Positions 28,501 to 40,500 of a stretch of 64,000 bases of DNA are shown piece by piece. Below the pieces are notes generated by a model. The model made no database searches. It had not been told where the DNA came from and saw only the letters and a program-made list of their open reading frames with translations. The DNA comes from Fimbriosthenelais zetlandica. Taxonomy: Eukaryota. Location: NCBI GenBank assembly GCA_977030845.1, contig OZ365113.1:38936001-39000000 (forward strand), written 5' to 3'. The translations under genes and the position numbers were made by a program. Positions within the stretch are counted from its first letter, which is position 1. Each line of letters begins with the position of its first letter.

Positions 28501-31500
28501 TGAAAGATGTTTTGACATCCATTCAAAACTCACTAAATCATCGCTATGCCGACCCTCTGGGGTAAAAGCTTTGAAAATGTCATACATCTTGAAAAAATTG
28601 AGTTGCTCCTCTCTGAGGGATACACCTCTATTTCTCAGGTAGCTATTCAACCTGTTTGCACCCCCCTGTCTAACAAGATCCCATCTCTAACGCGATTTCA
28701 TGGCGCTTTAACTGTTTCCGGGCAGTATGTTCATGCAAACGACTAGACCCTCCAGCAGATTATCCTTGAAATTCCGCCAGGGACCCGCACGAAAGCTCAC
28801 AATCCAATTTTCTGCACCACAAGATCGGATAGTTAGTTGTATAGGGGGAGGGCTCGCATGATGACACGCTAGGAGAAGTAAAGCAAATACTAGTGTGGAT
28901 GCAGTTGGCCGACACAAAGCTTGCCTTGAATTTCCCTTATGCGAGATTGTGTTACTAAGGCTGTACTTACTTCTGGGCTCGACAATTGATTACGAGCCAT
29001 AGGTCAGAGCTGTATAAACAGCCCCCTCCCAGATGGAAGGGGATTCCAGTCTAACGACCCAATGGCATCTAACCTAAAATATATTGCTTAGCTGAAAACA
29101 TCAGCTTCAACAGCTACAAATGTCACTTACTGATTCGGGAAACTGCTTCATAACACGGTATATCTTTTGTAGGATTTTCTTCAGATTCTTCCCTAAAATG
29201 AATAGTGTCTATTTCTTCTTAATTATGACAACTGCTATATTGCTTTTAGCACGAATACTCATCTGCCTTTCGAAACTACAAGTCTCTTGCGAGGCAAAAT
29301 GTTCTGTCAATTATCGTGTAGGAAAGACCTTTCTAAAAAATCAGAATAATGATTTAAAACTGTTTATGGGATTTCTTCTCAGTGCATGAAATTCTACATG
29401 TCTGGCTATTTAGTAGGACTGTCGAATCCTTCCTTTTACTGGAATATCGAGGAAATAACGCTTGTCGACAAACATCCATTCATTTGGGGAGCGTCTGGCT
29501 GGTGCCCACAGCTATAATATCCTTTCTTCTACAGTACCGTGTTGGTCTGTCGTGACCGGAAGGAACGAAGCTAAATATTTCATCCAAGGACTTATAATCA
29601 TGCACGGAAAGAAACAATTACATGGAGCGACAATGCCTAGTTGCATGAGGGTTTGAGTGCGAGCAGGTCTTGTGAAATAAACATAAATCCTGACGGAAAC
29701 ATAAAAAGAAAGAGACAATCCAATTTGTGGGGCAGATTGGTGCTCGAGTTCAGGAATTATTGCCTCAAAAGCCCCAGGTTGTCTAGGGGTATAATATAAA
29801 GTTTATTGCAAGCTTGTGCTTTGCCAAGTGGTTTAAACAAAGTTTGAAAATATATATGAGATGTGATACTCATTGCTTCCCCTTTGCACTGAGTTAAAAT
29901 GTACTATCTGTGGCCAAAAATATAAAATAAGATGAAATATTAGCTTACAACTTAAGAGATTATTAAACAAGAAGGGCATATATATACACAGGCAGTTATC
30001 CTCGGTTGATAAACGTTGCCTATGAGTGTAGATTTCAGACCATTTCCATGATAATTGTGATGTAAATAGAAAGATATCATTTGGCATGCTCATTGTCTTA
30101 TCAAACAAACTATAATCGTTTCCATGGTGACAGGGAAATCTCTCCTTCTCAGAATATCTTATAAGCCAGACAGATTCAATTTAGACATAGTGTGAAAGGA
30201 TCGACTTTGAAATCGCTTTTTTTGCAGGTGATATTGACCCCTGTCTGCTAAAGTCTACGCATATTGAAATACATTTATGTAAAGATAAGGGGAAGAACTC
30301 TCTTTACATAGGGCCCCAATCAATTCTGTTTAATAGAAATATGATATCTACAACTTAATAAGATCGTATAACAATAACGACCTATCAATATTCAGAAGTA
30401 AATTCATTATTTGAAATTCAATATTATAGATTGCAATCATTTTAAGTATAAATCAGTGCAATGTATGGGTAACGACCAAATTACATGTATCGTATTATAC
30501 ACCTTAAAGGGACGTTTCTTAGTTAGTAAAAATTCTAGCGTAATTTGCGTTTAAACCTAAATTATAAGCCCAATATGAGCTATGTAATTTAGCTCAGGCT
30601 TGCGTTCGTTAGCGCTACTTGTTCTCGTATAGTTTTGCGTTCGTTAAAGGCAGTTTCTAAGTTAGCTATGAGCAAATCTCGCTAAAAATGTTTGTTTTAA
30701 CCTTGAAATATAGGACACACAAACAGGGGCACGAGGCAAAGCAATGGCTGATTTCACTTGAGCTGGGTAAAACAAGCTGCTTCATATGGAAGAAAAGATC
30801 TCTATGAAGCAGCAATGAATATTTGATGGCATCTCTGGAGTGCCTATGATTGATGATACAAATGCGGGATAGATTACACGTCATTTGCAATCCTTCCCCA
30901 AAGTTTTAACTCCGGGAAGTCTGATTGGAATTGGATGAATGGATGGGCGAGGTATATAATGGCTGTGGCTGTGTCCACTTCTTTGACACTTATATATACA
31001 AAATACAAATTGAAGTAACTTTCTAAACACTTTGGTCCCTTTGGTGCCTCCAAAATGAACAGTAATGATCCAAAAGGGAGTGTTCCCCGCTTGTGAAAGA
31101 TTCATGTATACTCACTCTTAGCTCAGTAAAATAGATGAGCTGCTAGATATAGATGTGAAAGGTACACTTACATATTACATGATGAGATTATCACACTTGC
31201 TTATCATCTATCTTCCTCCTACTCTCAGCTGACAACCTTTGCCTATACATCAACTGCCCATGTTTCCCACCATCCCCCTTACTAATGAAGATATGGATCT
31301 GTGCAGTAATTTCTGTAAATCTCAGTATATTCCTTGTATTTTTTGTTCCCTTCATACATTTTGTTTGTTTTGCATCTCTTCTTGTGCATTACACCTACCT
31401 TCCTATGATGCTATACGCATTTCGTACTGTTAACAATGACCCATAAACCCTACAATGCCATTGACCTGTCATGACATAACAAGGATGAGCAGCATGAATG

Positions 31501-34500
31501 AACTCCTATACATGTATATCATTCTCTTGGGTGCCAACTAAATCGGTCGCAAGTGTATCTTACCCAATTTATGCTATCCCTCGTATTAGATGTTCATAGA
31601 AATATGCTTGGTTCCTGATATCAGGAAGGCATTATGTTCCAGTATGCCCTGCTCGGGACATTCTGTGTTTCCGGTTCTCTGATTGGTCAATAGTTGCTCT
31701 GACGTCACATTTTCAAAATGACTCTTTCTTCGGTCGAAAACGGTCGATAAAGTCAGTCTTACATTATTTCCCTGACCATTTGAAAGGGATAACATGAATG
31801 AGAAGTCGTATTGTTGTTAGTATTCCCTGAGAGTGGATGGGAAACCCAAGGGCAGAGCCACTTTATAGCGTCTTCTAGCAGTCTCAATCTTACAAATATA
31901 CAAGTAACTATCACTGACACCATGTGATATACAAGTAACTATCACTGACACCATGTGATATACAAGTAACTATGACTGACACCATGTGATATACAAGTAA
32001 CTATCACTGACACCATGTGATATACAAGTAACCATCACTGACACCATGTGATATACAAGTAACCATCACTGACACCATGTGATATACAAGTAACTATGAC
32101 TGACACCATGTGATATACAAGTAACTATCACTGACACCATGTGATATACAAGTAACCATCACTGACACCATGTGATATACAAGTAACTATCACTGACACC
32201 ATGTGATATACAAGTAACCATCACTGACACCATGTGATATACAAGTAACTATGACTGACACCATGTGATATACAAGTAACTATCACTGATTGATTTCTTT
32301 GCCTTTTCCAGCTTCTCACCATGTGATTGATTTCTTTGCCTTTTCCAGCTTCTCACCATGTGATTGATTTCTTTGCCTTTTCCAGCTTCTCAAGTTGTGA
32401 ACGGCGTCACGTGGTCAGAAGCACTGGACGATCACTTCAGGGAAAACTACAATAGTGATAAAACACTCACATGGCAATACTTCGGCAGCGCATCAGGATT
32501 CTTCAGAAATTACCCAGGTAAAATTCATTTTGATAAATCCTCGCCAGCTGCTAGCCCAGGTGCTCTCTCATTATAATCTAAGACTTAATATTTAAAGGGA
32601 AGAATCTATAAGTAGTCCTTCCTCTGATGTAATCGTGTAATGTCAAAATTGTATGAGCTATTCCCCATCTTTTAATGTTTTTAATTAGAAATATTGAATA
32701 GACGGTATACCATTTGGTTCTTTCCTTCATAGTAGTAATTGGTGATAAAGAATTCTTAAATGATCTTAAGTGACATTAATGAATGAATCCTATTGATGCA
32801 TAATAGATATTCCATGCATTGTGACCCATTATCATTGGTCTCCGATTTGCCCCGGTCTCAGCTCTAATTCAACCCATCACCATTTTATCTGGGTTCTATT
32901 TTCTAATAAATATGTTTTGTACGTTTGCTTTGATCGTATACATATATATCATATGATAATATTATGTTCTTGGTATGCATATCGATCAATTCTATTCTCA
33001 AGAGCACTTCATCTGTTCTTGACTATTATGCATGTTGGCGTTCAATATATTAAAGTTCATTACTGTTCACAGCTATATTTCAACTCGTTAACATACTTTG
33101 GCAAAAATTCATCTGATAAGAGGCATAGCAAACAGTCATCTTATGGATTTGAACTTGATTCTTCGCAATACGTTCAATAGTTTAAAAATATTGTATTTTT
33201 GAGTAAAATGCCTTCGCTATGTAAAGTCTTGACAGCTGTGATTTCTTAGGCAATCGTCACTATTTGATTAATCTCATAAATATTGATTATAAAGATCAAT
33301 TCCTAACTGTGGAATGTCTTCAAAATCAGATAATCAATTTAAAAGCATGTTAAGTTATCTAGGAATGTAAGCTAATTTTTCTGTCTGTCTTCGGGATCGT
33401 AGAACATGCTAAATGATAATTTGCGAAAAATACTGCCTCCTCAAAATCGTTGAATTTTTCATAAGATAGCGTGCACTAGAGTATTTCTTCAATAGCTTTT
33501 TGTATGCATGACTGCCTGCTGTGTTGCAAAAAGCTTGAAGGAGGCCTCGGCGATGAAGTCGGGCCCCAAGCAGCCATATTGTTTCTGACTTTCGACCCCT
33601 GAGACTGCATTCCTTTGTGTTTAGGCATTCAATGGCCGAATTCAGGGGTAGATTTGTATGACTGTAGAACGCGCGGGTGGTAAGTGACCACATTCCTACA
33701 CTAGAGGGATCTATGTGACATGGAATATGTACCCCGCCCCTAATATATTCATTCCTCATCCCTTTGTTCCTTACACCACTCTTTCTTCTCCTTTCTTGTC
33801 CTTATTGCTTCTTTTTTTTGTTCCTATATGGAAACACATACACTTCAGAAAGTTTTGGAGAACAGCTTTGTAAATAACGCTGATATTATAATATTATATT
33901 CTCAACGATTTTCGTCCTGTGAACCATGCAAATTTGAATTGTTCCCTCTCCCATGTATAAAACCCGAAAATGAAGAACTGTGTGTGTGTGTTACCATTGC
34001 TCACTGCTCACACCCTGATAAGAATTTTCTCTTCATTTTTCTGCATTCTTGCTTCCTATATGTACGTGTCTTATTACAGCCCGAGTGAAACACATTTAAC
34101 GAGCTGACAATGACAAGTCAAAGGTTAATTGAGCAATAATTGAATCAGACCCCGATTCTCAATGAGGAGGATTAACGAGATTTTATTAACGCCCTACCAT
34201 TTTAATGACTTCTCATCAAAAAATTATCCCTCCCTGGCCCATTTCCCGAGGCAATCAGCTCTCCCACGTGGCCAGGCAAGAGAAGAGGAGAAGACAAGAA
34301 GGCAAAGCAATTTTTGGGTTTTGAACCAATCTTATCAAGCAGTGTGCTAGATGAAAATCAGTTTAAAAATGTCTTCTTAAAAAAGCCTTTTCTCCCAAGA
34401 TCGTGTTATTATTTAATTTCAACCAGCAATTGCTCATCGGCAGAGCAGTAAGTCTACCCAACTGTTTATTAAAACTTGGAATGAGATTCTTCAGAGCTAA

Positions 34501-37500
34501 CATCTCAACATTATGTACTGATTGAAAAGTCTATAGTCTGGACTATCAGTGCTCGGGCAAGGGGTCATCTTCAGAAATTGGAGTTTTGGACTTGGTATAT
34601 GAAGTATCTGTCATATTAACAAATTTGAGATTTTGATGTAATGCTCGCCTTTGGCTTGTCACCTTGTTTTGTGTTGTACTTAGGTAAAAGGTGATGTGGA
34701 TGAGTACCTACTTACACACCAGTAGACTGTGATGTATACTAAAAGATCCCCTTTCCATTTACCTTACATTTAAGTGCCTTTTAACATATTTCTGGCTTCC
34801 AAACAAACACTAAGCAATAAAGGAGTCCTGGGTGGGCAAGATTTGACACAAGTGGAAAGATATGATACCATGAATACAATATAGCTAACCTAGTAGTGAG
34901 CCTTTGCTACCCAACACGCAATTGTTGCCTTGTGACCAACATTACAAGTGACAAAATACAGCAAGGTTGAGTTCACATTTCCATCCTTGAATTATATTTG
35001 CTTCAGTTTTATCATATGGGTCAGTTGACACAATACTAATTATGTTATGGCATGCATTGCCCTGGTACCATTGCTAATGCTTATGAAATATGCATCATTC
35101 CCAGTTGACCTACCCCTTAAAAGCCCCGAATCACTTCACAGCCCAATTTTTTTTCATCCCTAGGCATTTGTGATTTAGTACAGGATCAAATGGATCTTTA
35201 GAAACGCTGGCAATGTCTGGACAGTTAAATCGTCCAGAGGTGACCAGCTCATTTCTTGAAAAACAAGTTTTGCAAAGATTGTTTGGCATGAGTAAAAATA
35301 GAGTGCAAAATTGGTGTGTTTTGTGGATTTTGGTGAATTTTTCCATTCTTCTCTTGGTGAGACGTATCATCCCTTTACAATTCAGATTTCTTGAAATATT
35401 TTGATTCTTTTTCCTCTCTGGATTCTTTTACCCTTTATTACTTTAATTCAAACTGGATTTTTAAGAGAGATTGAAATATTTTGTAGATTTTATTGCAAAA
35501 AAAATGGTTCATTCTTCCTCTGTTATTTTCTGACTGGATACAATGCCTCTATGTACGGAGACCTGTGTTAGGAATATCTTAGGTTACAAAATGGATTGCT
35601 ACCCGCCCTCCTCTTGCTGGAGGCAATGGTCAGCGCCATAAGAGGTCAATATTTGGTCAACATCAATTTTGCCCTGTTCACTGCTGATTGGTGATGGTAG
35701 TAAGCCCATTGACCAATCGAGGCACTGAACTGACCATTCCTCGCTGACTACAAGGGCAGAAGTAATGGCCAGTTTTCTGGGCTATTAACCCTGCATAGCT
35801 TGGACATTTCGAGGTTGACCGCATCTGTGTCGCCCTAGCTTACAACTCCTTCTACTTACACTGCTCCCCTGTGGCTTAGCTGAGAACTAAGTATGGGAAA
35901 GCATTCTAATTTGAGTGGACACTTCACGGTGAGTTGTAAAGAGCAGTTGAGACTATAGCCTCCCACCTAAGGGCTCTAAAACTGAAACCACTGGAAGTTT
36001 TTTTAAACTCACAGCATATACAGTGGCATTAAGATTTCACGAACTAGGCTCTAGTGACTCGTTGAACGATGGTTCCCACCTTTGATGCCCCTTTTTCAAG
36101 TACATTTTCCCCTTAATGTGAGGGTCTTTCGAGATTTGCAGCTTTCCTGTTTTACACGTTTTCAAATACTCGCCATATCTCAAAATTCAGTTGGTTGAAT
36201 GGCCTTTCCTGCTATCTACTGTAAAGGAGGAAATGAAAGTAATCCAGTAATCCAGTCATGTGAAGCCTTCCACCCATAATATGGTGAAGGAAATTTGCAA
36301 CACATAATTTCAGAGTTCCTCACTAATTTCCCAGTGCCCAAAATACATCCCTAATATAGGGCTTCCTCTGGAGATTAAACTACAGCCAAAATTTGTTTAG
36401 AATCATTATGTCCTTTCTTGGTCTTAACAATCTGCCCCAAACATTGACGACTAGCTTTTGTACGACCTCCCAGGACAACCTAGCCCAAAAGTGCTCCCTA
36501 CCTTGCATGATGGAGAACTGGTTCTGGTAAAGAACAAAATTCCAAATTTCTTCCAAACTTGGCACATTCTTCTCCTCACAATAGTCCCTGGTGTTGAACC
36601 TTTAACTAGATCCATTCTGCCCTTTCCTCCATTGCCCTTCCCCCTGGTGGCCAATGCTCGTACTTCCACTTTAACCCACCATGCCGCCTAGTTGTTTAAA
36701 CTAGAGGCACGGTTGTCTAACGCATCATTTGCTGTTCCCTTCCATTCCCCTGCGTGCTTCCTAGGGATTAACTGGCGAACTGAAACATATGAAACCCAAA
36801 AGATTGACATATATGATTGTAGAACAAGAGGATGGTAAGCACACTTAATTCATAAACAACACATTGAAAGGTTATGAAAGTAAGTAACAATTTCAGTGGT
36901 ATTATTTTTCTTTCTCTTTGGTTTCTTAAATCTGATTTCTGTTCACATCGCCAAAGTCAAAATCCCAAAATATTGATCAAACTTGTTAAACCAAATTACA
37001 ATCATGTATACATCTAGTGTTTGGATCCTAGTTGACTAGTACCTACCATAGACTAAGCTACTACCATTATCTTAAGTAACTCATCGATTACATTAAGTTT
37101 TTATTGATTCTAAGGAATTTCTGCATGTTATATTATTCCATGATAATAATTATAAAACTTCATGTATAAAGTATGTATACGAATTTAAATTAAGATATGT
37201 TTTAATGAAAGTTCTCGATAATCTCTTTCATAATAACTATACTGAAGTAATCTATCCTGTTGATGTTGTGAATTTTCTCTGTTTGATATGTTCATGGTGT
37301 TTTGGGATTTTTATTGAGAATAAGATGTTTGGATTTGACCAGGTATATTCAAGCAGCCACCTCACCCAAGGACATCATCATCTTACTGGATGCTAGCGGC
37401 AGTATGACAGGACTGCGTATGGAGATTGCCAAAGCTACAGTAGAAAAGATCCTCGACACACTCAGCGATGATGATTTTTTCAATATTATTAAGGTACAGA

Positions 37501-40500
37501 CCATCAAAGTTATCAATCAATAACTTAGATGTTCGAGCCAACCATCTCTGAAAGCTTGTTTTCATTGTAGTTTCCTAATATATATTATGAAAGAAGATAT
37601 CTTTCATTCAGAATTGACCAACGCATTAACAGAATCTTTTTCCTTTAATGCAGTTTTCCGAAGATGCCGAATATGTTGATGAGTGCTTCAATGGGACATT
37701 GGTTCAGGCAAACGCCGACAACAAAAAGGTGATAACCATTCATGACTTAATCCTATATAAGAGGGTGTGTACAATGTCACTATAATATAAGAGGGTGTGT
37801 ACAATGTCACTATAATAATGTTGAATAAAACATATTATATATGCTATGTAACTAGTAAAATGTAATAATGAACATCACTATACATACAATATATTTGGAC
37901 CTACAAATTTAATTGTTTTTTCTATTTTTCTTCAGCGCCTTAAAGAGGCAATCGGTCATGTCCGAACACAAAATATAGCTGCATTTGACAGGGCGTTGGT
38001 TGCTGCCTTTGAACTGCTTAGAGAGGTAATTTATTCTTTTCCCGCTCATTTATTACTGTTCATTTACATTTTATTATTTTGAGTTAATTATATTTCTCCC
38101 CATCCCGTATGAATTCAGATTAACAATAGTGACAATAGAATCAAACAGAACAAAGCTCCTTTTATCGAGGATGTATTTAAAGGGAACAAATATTTGCTTT
38201 TTTGACTTTACAAGATTGGTATATTGACTCGCTGAATGATAATTTTAATGTCCTTATATAAAGCTCTAATGGGGCTCATTATAAGCAGAACATTGCATCA
38301 GTGTACCACATGTTTTGTTGGGAATGAGTGATGACAAATGAATTTGATCTAGTAATCGCCCTATCCCAAGGCGATGAAGAAGCTACCTTTGATAGTTTTG
38401 CTTGCATCCTTCAAGCTCGCTAAAGACCTCACACTCTGCCTTGTCTACTATATACAATGCATTTTGATATTAGATTACTTTGATCGAAAGGAAAGGGAAT
38501 GATTAAATCCAGTGGACGTTAAGTGTGGCTTGAGGGAAAACCCTAAAAACCACTTGCATTATGAGAATGATCTACGCCTGATACTTACAATATTGACATA
38601 TTTCTAGTGCCCAACGTTCTCCCCCTATGAAATGAGGGTAATGTTGACCGAGACGAAAAACCTTAATGGCAGCCACATTGTAGGGAATGCCTGCACCCTT
38701 AGTGTACATTCAGGATGGATATTGATCAAGCACAGATCTATATTCTCGCAGATCCACTTCAAGTCACATGAAAGAGCTTGAAAAGCATACTGCCTTTTGC
38801 TGCATGCCAAAACATTATGGTTGCCCTTGAAGCCCTCCGTCCCTAAACATGCCATTGCTTTGAAATGAGAGAAAACATGTGCCAGGGTCCTGGAAACATG
38901 TCCGATACCTCTTCTTGTGTGAATTATCATAACATTTAGGGCCGAGGTCATCCATATAGGACCCTCTATATGCCTTGTAAGACATCTCCCCTCCACATGC
39001 AATATGGCATGTTCACATCTTGTTTTTGGTACTCCTTAATTTTCCTGAACAATTGCCAGTCCATTTAGACCCTGAAAAATACCCTGACAGACCTCACACA
39101 GCGGACGACAGCACCTTCCACGCCAAATTTTCATGGATAGACCACTTCAGTAGGATTTTGGGAAACACTAGAAGTAGTCATGTTTTCCTTTAGATTAGTT
39201 AGCATTAGAGCGAAGACGGAAACATCACTCATTGTACTAAACATGTGGTTCTTTATCCAAAGAATGAACTCTTTCTCCATTGATATTATTACCACACTTT
39301 TCTTTTTCGGTTTCTAAGACAACTTCTATTTCATAGCTTCAGCTTAAATAAAAGCATTGATAAATTCTGCATGTTGCAACTACTCATGAATTCTCTAGAT
39401 ATTTCCTACTTTACTTTCTTTAAGGAAAATGTCCTTTTGTGGAACTTGGCTTTTGATTGGGATTATAAGGAGATTGTAGGAAAAAGATAATGTGAAGTGA
39501 AATTATTTCATGCCAATATAATGTTTGAAAGTGAAAAAATCTGAGAGAATATTTTTCCATTGATTTCGTCCTAGTACATACTGAGACGTGGAGATGATCC
39601 AGATGCAGAGATATGATCTCCGTATGCAGAATGACCAAATTTACAACTGAACATAAATTTAGAACATGCAGTTGTATACCCATTTGTCTGAAGACATCAT
39701 CAACATTGAAGTCTCTTTCATTTTAAATACTGTTATATTTATTTTAATTTTAAATGTGATTATTCTTGATCCGTTTAGATGAATCGTACCAAGACTGGAA
39801 CCTTGTGCAACAGAGCAATCATGTTGATCACAGATGGCGCTCCAGAAACTTATGAAGATATCTTCAGACGGTACAACTGGCCCGGCAAAAGGGTAAGTAA
39901 AGTTTTTACAAAAGAGAATTTTCAATACATTTAATTCTGTATAAGTCGTTTTCCATCCACTGTTTCAAGCCCCATATGGACCGGTCAGAGTTAGTTTGCT
40001 GTCAGAGTTAGTGACGTAGGCGAGGGGAGTTAGAAAACGGTGGACATGCACATGAGTCCTCAATTACATGTATGTGTAATATACAACATTTTCTTTATTT
40101 TATCAGGTTCGAGTTTTCACGTACCTCATAGGGCGAGAAGTAGGCGACTCCAAGCAGGTCAAATGGATGGCATGTGCTAATAAAGGTGAATTGTCCATAC
40201 ATTTCCTTATTAACATTTACTACAAAGACATCCATATAACAAAAATATCTATGGAATGGATTAGAATGGACACAAGATACAAACTGAACAAAATACTCTT
40301 TATTTAATCACTGTTCCGTATTAAATTACAGTGCTGCCCCCTGCCTATATCCGTATTGGCTTTATGATAGTTCTGAAATCTCAGCTAATTACAGCGCCCT
40401 AATTACATAACCAACCCCCGACTCCAACCCCCTTTAACCGGCCACTCCTGGCCCCTACTACACTACTCAATGCTACAACTATTTCTGACAAATTTTCAGG

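Noticed and set aside
31896-32289. CRISPR-like appearance of the regular 31-bp array
   Set aside because: Units are contiguous with no unique spacers, and the context is a eukaryotic intron.
36250-36690. Minus-strand EHFW...VQKL..W resembling an L1/Tx1 C-terminal zinc-binding region
   Set aside because: Too degenerate and frame-broken to call with confidence.
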